A stretch of DNA of 64,000 nucleotides from Bdellovibrionales bacterium (GTDB lineage Bacteria; Bdellovibrionota; Bdellovibrionia; Bdellovibrionales; UBA1609): assembly GCA_965199825.1 (NCBI GenBank), contig OZ241329.1, positions 1,920,001 through 1,984,000 on the forward strand, written 5' to 3'. The notes under the pieces were generated by a model, which was not told where the DNA came from, searched no databases, and saw nothing but the letters and a program-made list of their open reading frames with translations. The position numbers and the translations under genes are program-made. Each line of letters starts with the position of its first letter. The stretch's first letter is position 1. This document shows positions 8,975 to 18,233 of the stretch, piece after piece.

Positions 8975-10035
8975 CATTTCGATTTGCGCATCCCGAAGCC
9001 TTCCAGATTTTGTGGCTCTTGGGCTTACTTCTTTTGTTTACGGTGTGGACTTGGAAAAAACAGTCGGCGGTTTTAAAACAATCGATTGATGCGCGTCTCT
9101 TGCCATTTTTAACCGAATCCTTTTCAAAGCTTCGACGCCGAATCAAACTGACTCTTCAAAGTGTTGTCTTTATTTTATTCATCATTGCTCTTGCGCGCCC
9201 ACAATCGGTTGAGCTGAAAGAAAAAGTAAAGTCCGAAGGTGTTGAGCTCATGATTTTGGTGGATGTGTCCCAAAGTATGGAGGCCGAAGACGTGAAACCC
9301 TCACGGCTTGAATTGGCAAAGCGTGAAATTTCGCACCTTCTTGATTTATCGATTGGCGACCGTGTGGGGCTGATTGCATTTGCCGGATCCGCAATTCTTT
9401 TGTCGCCTATGACCACCGATCGCAATGCTCTCAAGATGTATGTGGAATCTTTAAGTCCCCAATCTGTTTCTGAACAAGGTACCGAATTTCGCAAGGCTCT
9501 TAAAGAAGCCGAGCAGGCATTTTCGCGTGGGGGAGTCGAGGGCGGTGAAAACAGTGTGACCACCCGAGCGATCGTGATCGTATCAGATGGTGAGGATCAA
9601 GAGCCCGGCGCAACCGACAGTGCAAAAAAATTAGTGGATAAAGGGATACGCATATTTTCGCTAATTGTAGGTACCGAAAAAGGGGCGCCAATTCCGGTTC
9701 GAGATGATCATGGAAGTCTTCAAGGATATCTTAAAGATTCTAAAGGCCAAGTGGTTCTCACCCAGACTAAGGGGAGTGCTTTGCAGAGCTTGGCCGAGGC
9801 AGGACGCGGAAGTTTTCATCAATTGGTTTTTGGTGGCACAAGTATCAAAGCGTTGAACGAGGATTTGCAGCGTTTGCAAAAAAGCGTTTTTGATCAAACC
9901 GAACTCACGGTTTACAATGAGCGCTACCAACCGTTTTTATTTTTTGGTTTTTTGATTGCTCTTTTAGAGTTTATTTTTGCTGAGCGTGCCCAAAGAAATA
10001 AAATTTGGCGTGGCCGCTTTGAGGTCAAAAAATGA
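8971..10035 (+). CDS. batB: BatB-like VWA membrane protein
   Basis: IALARPQ, DVSQSMEAEDVKPSRL, DRVGLIAFAG, SDGED. Confidence 0.85.
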   Translation: MTFRFAHPEAFQILWLLGLLLLFTVWTWKKQSAVLKQSIDARLLPFLTESFSKLRRRIKLTLQSVVFILFIIALARPQSVELKEKVKSEGVELMILVDVSQSMEAEDVKPSRLELAKREISHLLDLSIGDRVGLIAFAGSAILLSPMTTDRNALKMYVESLSPQSVSEQGTEFRKALKEAEQAFSRGGVEGGENSVTTRAIVIVSDGEDQEPGATDSAKKLVDKGIRIFSLIVGTEKGAPIPVRDDHGSLQGYLKDSKGQVVLTQTKGSALQSLAEAGRGSFHQLVFGGTSIKALNEDLQRLQKSVFDQTELTVYNERYQPFLFFGFLIALLEFIFAERAQRNKIWRGRFEVKK

Positions 10036-10703
10036 AATGGATTTTACTTATTGGTTTTGCATTTGGAGCCTCTGTGGAGTCGGTCAAACACAACGCCAAA
10101 GGAAATTCATTTTTACAAAACAAAAACTATTATCAAGCCTATCAAGAATATTTAAAAGCATTAAGCCTTGAGCCATTTTCAAGTGAGGTCTATCTCAACT
10201 TAGGTTTAAGTTATCAGACCAATGAAGAATTCGATAAGGCCCTAAAAGCCTATCAAATGATTGATCATCTTCCAGGATTAAATCCCGAAGGTCAGTTTTA
10301 TGCCCACTTTAATGCAGCCACCGTTTTTGGAGCCAAAAGCGAAATTGCAAATGCACTTCACGAATATAGCGAAGCGCTCAAATACAATCCCCAATCAAAA
10401 GAGGTAAAAACCAATATCGAACTCTTGCTCAAGCAAAATGGGGGCGGTGGCAAAGGCGGCGGTAAAGATAAAAACAAAGATAAGAATAAAGATAAAAACA
10501 AAGACAAAGATAAAGATCAAAAAGAGAAGGGCGATAAAGAGCCCGAAAAAAAAGACAAGCAACCCCAAAAATTTGAGAGCCAAAAATTAAGTGGTGAAGA
10601 TGTGCGAAAAATTCTTGAGGAGCTCAAAAATCAAGAGCAGCAAATTCGTGCGGAGATGAACCGGAAAGAATCCAAGGAGAACCCACGTGAAAAAAATTGG
10701 TAG
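10032..10703 (+). CDS. batC: BatC-like TPR protein with K/D-rich linker
   Basis: TPR repeats, then a low-complexity GGKGGG-(KDKN)n linker and C-terminal ...EKNW. Confidence 0.75.
   Translation: MKWILLIGFAFGASVESVKHNAKGNSFLQNKNYYQAYQEYLKALSLEPFSSEVYLNLGLSYQTNEEFDKALKAYQMIDHLPGLNPEGQFYAHFNAATVFGAKSEIANALHEYSEALKYNPQSKEVKTNIELLLKQNGGGGKGGGKDKNKDKNKDKNKDKDKDQKEKGDKEPEKKDKQPQKFESQKLSGEDVRKILEELKNQEQQIRAEMNRKESKENPREKNW
10464..10517 (+). repeat. Imperfect 12/6-bp coding tandem repeat (KDKN)n
   Basis: aaagataaaaac-like units x3 followed by aaagay units. Confidence 0.7.
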
Positions 10704-12525
10704 CTTATTGCTGTTTTTATTTCCTTTCATCGCCTTTGCAAAAGTCAGTGTGGAGTCGAGCGTTCCAAAAACAAATATGGCCAAAGGCGAAAGTTTTGTT
10801 TTTTCGGTCGTCGTCAATTCCGAAAGCTCGATCAATTCGGATGAACCCAGATTGAGCGATCTCAAAGGATTTAAGCTCAATCGATCTTGGTCAGGATCAC
10901 AATCCCAGTCCACCTACGCCAATGGAAATTTTGAAGTTCTTCAAACTCGCTCTTACAATTATGAACTTGTGGCCACAAGAAATGGTCGACTTGAAATTGG
11001 TCCCGCCGAGGTCAATGTGGACGGCAATGTTTATAAGACTCAGCCGATTGTGCTCAATGTGCAGGGTGAGGCTTCACGAAATTCTCCAAACCCACAACCC
11101 TTGAGCGATGACGATCCAATAGAAGATTTGTTTAATCAAATGGTTCAGCGGCATCAAAAATTCTTTAAAGGTGGCAACCCGCCGCCAACCCAAACTCAGC
11201 CCACAAATGCCAACGAACTTTTTTCGATCGAAGCCGAAGTGGATAAAACCACCGCCTACACGGGTGAGCAAATCACCGCAAATTGGTATCTGTATACCCG
11301 CGGCATTATCAGAGATATTGATACACTCAAATACCCTTCGCTTTCGGGATTTTGGAAAGAGGAAATTGAACTCGCCACCCGCCTTAATTTTGAAAACTAT
11401 GTGGCTAATGGAGTGATGTACAAAAGAGCCCTTCTTGCAAGCTACGCTCTTTTTCCAATTAAAGAGGGGGCAGTTGAGATAGATCCCTACAAAGCAAAAT
11501 GTGTGGTGTTAACCGGAGATGCCTTTGGTTTTTCGCGGCCCTATCAGTTTACCAAAGGTTCAAAGCCGATGACGGTCACCGTGAAGCCTTTGCCGCTTGA
11601 TGGAAAACCAAAAGACTTTTCGGGCGCGGTGGGTGAATTTCAGGTGAACGCCAGCGTGGATCAAACAAATGTTCCACTCAATCAACCAATCACCCTTAAA
11701 ATCCGATTTGAGGGTCATGGCAACGCAAAGCTGATTGATTTACCGCCTCTGAATTTGCCCGAAAATCTTGAGCTCTATGATACCAAAAAAGAGTCCAAAT
11801 TTTTTCGTGATGGTCACAGTTATAAAGAATTTGAGGTTTTGCTGATTCCAAGAAAAGAAGGACTCATCGAAATTCCTCCCATCACGGTCAGTGTATTTAA
11901 TCCCACCACCGCAACCTATGTGGCTCAGGCGACAAACAGTTTTAAGATTCAGGTGCTCCCAAGTACGGGTGCAGCACCTATGAACTCGATTCCGTCACCT
12001 TTAGAAAAACCGGTGGCACAGGTGCCGCAGGCGCTCACACCTTTTGTTAGTTTAAATACTGAGAGTGAATTTCCACTTTGGATTTTTGGATTGCTGTTCT
12101 TGGGTTCAACACTCTTTTTTATTTTTAAAGGGATCAAAGAATATCAAGGCCGTTCAAATAAAGATCGGCTTAAAAAACGGCTCAAATTGCGATTAAAAAC
12201 ATTTAAAGATTTGATTAAAAAATCAGATTTTCGTGAAGTGGGTCTTCAAGCAACAAATCTTATTTATTTAGTGCTGGGCGAATTGGCCGGCCAAGGCGGG
12301 GCGAGTCGCGAGTTTGAAGTTTTATTGCGGGATGGACCACCCAGTGTGCGTCGTGAAATTGGCGATCAGCTGCGCAAGGTCCTAAGCTTGAGTGAGTCTT
12401 TGGCATTCGCGCCCGAGCACACAGTTGAAGAACTCAAATCAAAAGCCCGCTTACAAAGTTTTATTAGCGAGCTTGAAAAAACTCTGCATCAGGCTGTGCT
12501 TATGGCAGAAGAAAGGGGCCGATGA
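10687..12525 (+). CDS. batD: BatD-like protein
   Basis: Signal peptide, Ig-like BatD repeats (GAVGEF, GHGN), one C-terminal-half TM helix; position after batC. Confidence 0.85.
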   Translation: MKKIGSLLLFLFPFIAFAKVSVESSVPKTNMAKGESFVFSVVVNSESSINSDEPRLSDLKGFKLNRSWSGSQSQSTYANGNFEVLQTRSYNYELVATRNGRLEIGPAEVNVDGNVYKTQPIVLNVQGEASRNSPNPQPLSDDDPIEDLFNQMVQRHQKFFKGGNPPPTQTQPTNANELFSIEAEVDKTTAYTGEQITANWYLYTRGIIRDIDTLKYPSLSGFWKEEIELATRLNFENYVANGVMYKRALLASYALFPIKEGAVEIDPYKAKCVVLTGDAFGFSRPYQFTKGSKPMTVTVKPLPLDGKPKDFSGAVGEFQVNASVDQTNVPLNQPITLKIRFEGHGNAKLIDLPPLNLPENLELYDTKKESKFFRDGHSYKEFEVLLIPRKEGLIEIPPITVSVFNPTTATYVAQATNSFKIQVLPSTGAAPMNSIPSPLEKPVAQVPQALTPFVSLNTESEFPLWIFGLLFLGSTLFFIFKGIKEYQGRSNKDRLKKRLKLRLKTFKDLIKKSDFREVGLQATNLIYLVLGELAGQGGASREFEVLLRDGPPSVRREIGDQLRKVLSLSESLAFAPEHTVEELKSKARLQSFISELEKTLHQAVLMAEERGR

Positions 12526-14720
12526 ACTTTATTTTATTCTTGAGCCTATGGACGGTGCAGGGCGAAACCCTCAAACTTTCAATCACCGATAAATGGAATA
12601 CTTCAAGAGCGATTTATGGCGAAACTAAAAATCAGCCGCCCTTGATGCAAGCAAAAGCGGCGCTCCTCGCCGAGGATTTTCGCAAGTGCTACGCTCTGAC
12701 ATTGAAAGGAATAAATTCTGAGCCATTGCTCAAACTTTGGCTTTCGCTCCAGCTTCTAGAATGTGCCTTGGGCGAAGCCCAAGATCCAAAAGTGGGGGTG
12801 GATCATTTGGTGCAGGCCACAACTCGCATCAAACCGCATTTTGAGTGGTTTGCCAAAGGGGGCCAAACCTCAAAACTTAAAAATAATTATGTCGAAGCAT
12901 TGTTATTGATTTCGGAGCGCTCAATAAAAACCGGCCGAACTGCGGCAACAAAAGCGCTTCGCGAACTTGAAGAACTTCGCGCCTGGCTCACCAAAGATCA
13001 GTTGGCTTCGGTGTTTCGACTTTCAGGCGAACTTCAATTTTTGGCCCAAAATCTGATTGCTGCCGAGGATTTTTTTTCGCGAAGTTTGGAGCTTCATGAC
13101 AGTGAAGACTTAAGAGCCCGCATTGAGGCCTTAAGAAAATCTTTGCCCTTGCGTGAAAAAATCGATCTTGCCCCACCTCGCGTGACGGTCTTACTCCAAC
13201 AAAACTTAGAAGCCACCGAAACCGAAGAGAATTTATATCAGCGCATCAGTTCGGCTCTCAAATCGGGTGATCCAGTGGCTGCGGCAACCGATGGACTTCG
13301 ATTGTTTGAGCAATTTCCTGGCGGCCGCAGAGCCAAGTGGACCCAAGATCGATTAATCGAAGCCTTTATTTTGACTCTTCAGCGGACCGAACCCGATGTG
13401 AATTTATCAAAGGATCGAATGCTTCGTCTGTTACTCAAAAGTGATGGAGGTCGCCTTTTTGATTGGGCTCAGGTGCTGTTCCAAAAAGGATTTTATAGTG
13501 AAGCCCTTGAGTTTTCGCAAAAAAGTTATTCGCAGCTGCGAGGAATTTATCCCACAACAAAAATTTTACGTCTCGCAAGTCGGGCGGCCTTGCTGATTGG
13601 TGATGATAAAACTGCATATAAAAATTTTGAAATTCTGATGCGCGAGCATGCTGGAACCCCCGAAGCGGTAGAAGCCCATTTTCGTCGCGGTCTGTTGTAT
13701 TATCGTCGCGCCCAGTGGTCGGATGCGGTTGCAAGCTTTGAGCGTGTGCAAGTTTTAACAGGTGCCGAAGATTATCAGTACTCCGCTCTTTACTGGTATT
13801 GGCGCTCTCTTCAAAAAATGAATTCCGAAAAGGCCTTACCCGCTGCCGAAATGCTCGTGCGAAAATATCCGTTAAGTTACTATGGGCTTAAAAGCCGCGC
13901 CGAACTCAATAACGGTGTGCTCGAACTTCCAAAAGAGACCAAGCCTTTAAAAGCCGAAATTTTACTCACAAACGAAGAGTCCGAAACCTTTAAGCGATTT
14001 CAAAAACTGGTGGCGCTCAATTATTTTAAAGAGGCGCAAGAGGAACTCAAGTTTTTACCCAAAGGCCACACGCCTCAACAAAAATTATTGATGTCGAGAT
14101 TTGCAATCGAAGCCTTTGACAATAACCAAGCCTTTTCGATTTTAAATCAGGCCTTTGATCAAAATCCAAGCTTACTTCGGCTTGATACATTGGCACTTTC
14201 ATTTCCCAAAGAATTTAGCGCGATCACAAGCACTGAATCTAAAAAATATGTGCTCCAAGAAAATTTGCTGCAAGCCTTAATGAGACAAGAAAGCGGCTTT
14301 AAAACCGAAGCCGTTTCGAGCGGGCAGGCTTACGGACTGATGCAATTGCAATTGCCCACCGCAAAAGAGATTGGGGCCGAGTTGAATTTAAAATCTCGAC
14401 TCGAAAATCCAAAAGCTCTGTTTGAACCCGCACTCAATATTAAAATCGGAGCCCTTTACCTTTCGCGTTTATTGAGAAATTATAAAGGATCACTCCCGTT
14501 GGCGTTGGCCGCCTACAATGTGGGTCAAGGGCGAATGAAGCGGTTTTTAAATGCCCGCTCCGATGCCGCCGATGTCGAAGGACATGACGAGGATTTATGG
14601 GTGGATGAGTTGCCCTGGCCTGAGACGAGTTTTTATGTAAAAGCCGTCCTGCGCAATTATATTATCTACCAATGGCTAGAAAAGGGCGAACTCAAGCTGT
14701 TAAGCCCCGTCTGGAAATAA
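12522..14720 (+). CDS. TPR-containing soluble lytic transglycosylase (Slt-like)
   Basis: MRQESGF, GLMQL, AAYNVG, ETSFYV SLT motifs after a long helical/TPR region. Confidence 0.9.
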   Translation: MNFILFLSLWTVQGETLKLSITDKWNTSRAIYGETKNQPPLMQAKAALLAEDFRKCYALTLKGINSEPLLKLWLSLQLLECALGEAQDPKVGVDHLVQATTRIKPHFEWFAKGGQTSKLKNNYVEALLLISERSIKTGRTAATKALRELEELRAWLTKDQLASVFRLSGELQFLAQNLIAAEDFFSRSLELHDSEDLRARIEALRKSLPLREKIDLAPPRVTVLLQQNLEATETEENLYQRISSALKSGDPVAAATDGLRLFEQFPGGRRAKWTQDRLIEAFILTLQRTEPDVNLSKDRMLRLLLKSDGGRLFDWAQVLFQKGFYSEALEFSQKSYSQLRGIYPTTKILRLASRAALLIGDDKTAYKNFEILMREHAGTPEAVEAHFRRGLLYYRRAQWSDAVASFERVQVLTGAEDYQYSALYWYWRSLQKMNSEKALPAAEMLVRKYPLSYYGLKSRAELNNGVLELPKETKPLKAEILLTNEESETFKRFQKLVALNYFKEAQEELKFLPKGHTPQQKLLMSRFAIEAFDNNQAFSILNQAFDQNPSLLRLDTLALSFPKEFSAITSTESKKYVLQENLLQALMRQESGFKTEAVSSGQAYGLMQLQLPTAKEIGAELNLKSRLENPKALFEPALNIKIGALYLSRLLRNYKGSLPLALAAYNVGQGRMKRFLNARSDAADVEGHDEDLWVDELPWPETSFYVKAVLRNYIIYQWLEKGELKLLSPVWK

Positions 14721-14736
14721 TTGGACGTTTTAAAAT

Positions 14737-14766
14737 TTGCGGAGAACAAATGCGTCTTGCTATGAT
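14737..14766 (+). promoter_or_regulatory. Putative sigma70 promoter
   Basis: TTGCGG-N18-TATGAT with extended -10 TG, followed by a GGAGG RBS. Confidence 0.4.
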
Positions 14767-14788
14767 GTAAGGGAGGGTAAAATATCAC

Positions 14789-16309
14789 ATGAGAAGATAC
14801 GTTTTAGTTTTATTGAGTAGCCTTTTTATTTCGGCTTGTGCGTCCCATCCAAAAACGAGCGAAGTTGTCGAAGATTCAGAAACTTCGGTGAGTAAAACTG
14901 AAGTCTCAAGTTCTGTGATCGAACATAATGCCGAGCAATCCTACCATAGTGAATATGGTGAGGTGAATCTTAAGCAAAACAGTATGGTCGAAAAATGGAT
15001 CGGATATTTTCAGGGCAAAGGCCGCCGCTGGATGGATCTTTACCTCAGCAGATCCACTCGCTACATGCCAATGATGAAAAATACCTTGCGCGAATATGGT
15101 CTTCCAGAAGATTTAGTTTTTGTCTCGATGATTGAATCTGGATTTAGCCCGATGGCGCGCTCGCGTGCAGCTGCGGTGGGGTATTGGCAATTTATCAAGC
15201 CCACCGCAAAAACTTATGGATTAACCGTAAATCAATATATAGACGAGCGACGTGATCCTGTTTTGTCCACTCGAGCTGCTGCCGAATATTTTAAAGCTCT
15301 TTATACCTTGTTTGGATCGTGGCACTTAGCACTTGCAAGCTACAACTCCGGCGAAAACAGAGTCAAAAGTGTCGTGATGAAAACCTTTACCCGCGATTTT
15401 TGGGAGCTTGTGCGGTTAAGAAAAATTCCACCAGAGACCCAAAATTATGTGCCAAAATTTATTGCTGCAGCATTGATCGCAAAAGATCCGGCAAAATATG
15501 GATTTAACGAAATCAGCTTTGAGCCCGCATTAAATTACGACACCGTGAATTTGAAACACGGCATCAGTCTTAAAAAGTTAGCAACCGCTCTGAATATTGA
15601 CGACGAAGAATTAAAACTCCTCAATCCTAAATACCGCAGCGATTATGTGCCCACCGCTCCTCGCGGCGATACCGTGTTTCGTGTGCCCTCGGGTAAAAAA
15701 GATCAAGCCCTTGCAAGTCTTGAATCGGCAAATATGGAAACACCAAAAATCATTGCGGGTGATGATGAAACTTACCGCATTCGCAGTGGAGATTCACTGA
15801 GTACGATTGCTCATAAGCATGGAACATCGGTGCACACACTTCTAAAACTCAATCACTTTAATGGACACCAACTATTGAGAGTGGGATCGAGCATTCGTGT
15901 GCCCGAGCGATTTGTGGCCGAAGAAACTGTGACATCTAGAAAACCAACCCAGGCCGATGGATCTCACGTGGTCCGTCGCGGCGAAAATTTGTCTACCATC
16001 GCTCGCATGTACAACCTTACTTTGGATGAGCTCAAGCGATTAAACAAACTCTCACGCCGTTCGACCATTCGTACCGGGGATCGATTGATCATTCGCGGTG
16101 CGAGCGAAAAGGTTGAAATTAAAAATGCCGAATCCCGCTCGCTTGTGCGGATAAAGACCAATCCGCATCTTCATGTGGTTCGTCGCGGTGAAACCCTTCG
16201 CCACATTGCAAAGAAGTACAATATTCCTCTTGCTCGATTGCTCGCACTCAATGATCTACAAAGCCGCTCAAGTGTAGGCATTGGGAGCTCGATTCGTATT
16301 TCTAAATAA
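14789..16309 (+). CDS. mltD: MltD-like lytic transglycosylase lipoprotein with three LysM domains
   Basis: Lipobox ISAC, MIESGF, AVGYWQF, SYNSGE, ETQNYVPK, and three LysM repeats (GDSLSTIA, GENLSTIA, GETLRHIA). Confidence 0.9.
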   Translation: MRRYVLVLLSSLFISACASHPKTSEVVEDSETSVSKTEVSSSVIEHNAEQSYHSEYGEVNLKQNSMVEKWIGYFQGKGRRWMDLYLSRSTRYMPMMKNTLREYGLPEDLVFVSMIESGFSPMARSRAAAVGYWQFIKPTAKTYGLTVNQYIDERRDPVLSTRAAAEYFKALYTLFGSWHLALASYNSGENRVKSVVMKTFTRDFWELVRLRKIPPETQNYVPKFIAAALIAKDPAKYGFNEISFEPALNYDTVNLKHGISLKKLATALNIDDEELKLLNPKYRSDYVPTAPRGDTVFRVPSGKKDQALASLESANMETPKIIAGDDETYRIRSGDSLSTIAHKHGTSVHTLLKLNHFNGHQLLRVGSSIRVPERFVAEETVTSRKPTQADGSHVVRRGENLSTIARMYNLTLDELKRLNKLSRRSTIRTGDRLIIRGASEKVEIKNAESRSLVRIKTNPHLHVVRRGETLRHIAKKYNIPLARLLALNDLQSRSSVGIGSSIRISK

Positions 16310-16367
16310 ATAGTTTCCTTTTGCTCCCTTGGCTTTGTTAGAAATAAGCAACCGGGGGGTCGCAATC

Positions 16368-17399
16368 ATGCAATTTTTGTTGCTGAGCTTTTTTCTCAAC
16401 TTTAGTTTTGGGATTGAGCAATCTCCACACGTCAGCGCTTTTTGTTCGGCATTGCTTCAAACTCAACCTACCGAGAGTCATCCAAAAGAAATTCTTGAAT
16501 TGCTCAATCCATCAATAGTCTCGGCTCTGCAAAGGGTTTCGAGTGGCCCAAAAACTCGCTCCCAAAAAATCATTAATTTTTTAAACGCTATCAAACCAGA
16601 AACCTTGGCCCAAATTTATGAACAATGGCGCAAAGGTCATTTTGATCTTTTAGAAAACTATGACCAGACCGTTTTGACTTCGATTAAGAAAATTGAAAAT
16701 TTGGCGTGGAGTCCAAAGCATGAAAAAATCTCGGCTGCTGTTTTGAGTCGGCTTGCTCAATTGCGCATTGATATGTTTTCAACAGAAGCCACGGTGGAGG
16801 CCTTCGAAGTTCGGGGCAAACAACATATCCTTGAATACCTTGATGATCTTGAAATCTCGTCTCACACAAATGACAAACCACAAAATCCAAAACCGCAGCT
16901 TAAAAAATCAATTCTTATTCAAGGGGCACTGGCGGTTGCGCTCTCCACCTATATCTATGGTCACGGTATTGGATTTTTATTTGAGCCACTTCCCCAACAC
17001 GTCGGCATGTGGGTGAGCGGAATTTTTATTTCAATCAAGGCCCTTGTTGCCGCGGTCCTTTATTATTTGGGACGAGTGATTGTTTACCCCCAAATGAAAG
17101 AGGCCATATTTTATTGGGCAGGATTGGTCTCAAACCACGGACGTATTCTTTATGAAGATATGACGAGTCAAGACCGCACATCATCTCAATTTCATATAAT
17201 CAATCAAATGAGAGAGACGTTAACAGCTTCTCAAGAGAGTTCAGATTTGATTTATAACTCGGTCAATATGATTTTGCCTCACCAAGAGGGAGGTGCGGCG
17301 CAGTACTTTTTGGCCGATCAAATTTTATTTTTTGAGAAGGGTGAGCCGATCCTGATCAATTTTTTACGCACGAAGAATAAGATGGATAGCCCAAAATAA
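16368..17399 (+). CDS. Hypothetical secreted/membrane protein
   Basis: Long ORF, ATG at 16368 after a GGGGG RBS, signal peptide, central hydrophobic segments. Confidence 0.7.
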   Translation: MQFLLLSFFLNFSFGIEQSPHVSAFCSALLQTQPTESHPKEILELLNPSIVSALQRVSSGPKTRSQKIINFLNAIKPETLAQIYEQWRKGHFDLLENYDQTVLTSIKKIENLAWSPKHEKISAAVLSRLAQLRIDMFSTEATVEAFEVRGKQHILEYLDDLEISSHTNDKPQNPKPQLKKSILIQGALAVALSTYIYGHGIGFLFEPLPQHVGMWVSGIFISIKALVAAVLYYLGRVIVYPQMKEAIFYWAGLVSNHGRILYEDMTSQDRTSSQFHIINQMRETLTASQESSDLIYNSVNMILPHQEGGAAQYFLADQILFFEKGEPILINFLRTKNKMDSPK

Positions 17400-17422
17400 A
17401 AAACCCGCCAGAGGCGGGTTTT
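17398..17422. terminator. Bidirectional intrinsic terminator
   Basis: aaaacccgcc-aga-ggcgggtttt hairpin with A- and T-runs on its flanks. Confidence 0.85.
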
Positions 17423-17690
17423 AAGACAGAAACTGCTACTTTTCGAAGACGTCCCCCTTTAAATACTGTTTCTGTTTTTAGTATATATTGCTTTGCACAA
17501 AAACTCGACCACGATCTTTTTGGTGTTTCAAGATCATCCACTTAATCATTTATTTTTTGGATCAATATAAGATCAAGCCCGACTTGAATATTTCTTCATT
17601 TTGTCTTCAAACCAGCGCGACTAAATTTGATTAGGATGAATCAAAAGGAGACATCGTAAAACCAAAAAACTATTGAATAAAGGAGCTGTA

Positions 17691-18035
17691 ATGGCATTTG
17701 ACGATATTGTTTTGAACTACCAAGGTTTTCATCCTTCAGAATTTACCCAAGATCATCTTGTTTCACTCATTCGCGGTCTCTATGAAAAATCGCCGTCGGG
17801 TGCAAAAGTAAAAGCCTCTTTTAGCCAGCGAGAGAATTTATTTAAAGGTGTGATTAAAATTACCTCATCGGCGGGATCTTTCTTTGCTGTTGCCAATGGC
17901 CCGGCGCTCAATGAGGTGAGTAAAAAATTATTTTTCCAAATTAAAAAACGGCTTGATAAGTACAAAAGTCGTCGAATAAATAAAAAAGGTTTAAAAGCGT
18001 TATTTCGCAGACCGATAAAGGAAATGGATCAATGA
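17691..18035 (+). CDS. HPF/RaiA-like ribosome-associated small protein
   Basis: beta-alpha-beta-beta-beta-alpha pattern ending QIKKRLDKYK; AAAGGAG RBS before ATG 17691. Confidence 0.5.
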   Translation: MAFDDIVLNYQGFHPSEFTQDHLVSLIRGLYEKSPSGAKVKASFSQRENLFKGVIKITSSAGSFFAVANGPALNEVSKKLFFQIKKRLDKYKSRRINKKGLKALFRRPIKEMDQ

Positions 18036-18232
18036 ATTCATCGATGCGTGCAGTGTTAAGTTTAAGTTGGACCGTTGCGGCCTTTGCCACACTGTTGTTG
18101 GTGGGTTTGGCAAAGTCTCCATTGTTTCAAGAGACTTCATCTTATAAGCACGCATCACTCCTGTCTTACGAAGCTCATCCTCTCTTTGCAAAAGAGCGGA
18201 TGTGTCTCTCTAAAGAATCTTCGCTCCCTTAA
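18032..18232 (+). CDS. Small hypothetical membrane/secreted protein
   Basis: ATGA overlap with the upstream gene, hydrophobic N-terminus, stop 1 nt before the MFS start. Confidence 0.4.
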   Translation: MNSSMRAVLSLSWTVAAFATLLLVGLAKSPLFQETSSYKHASLLSYEAHPLFAKERMCLSKESSLP

Positions 18233-18233
18233 G

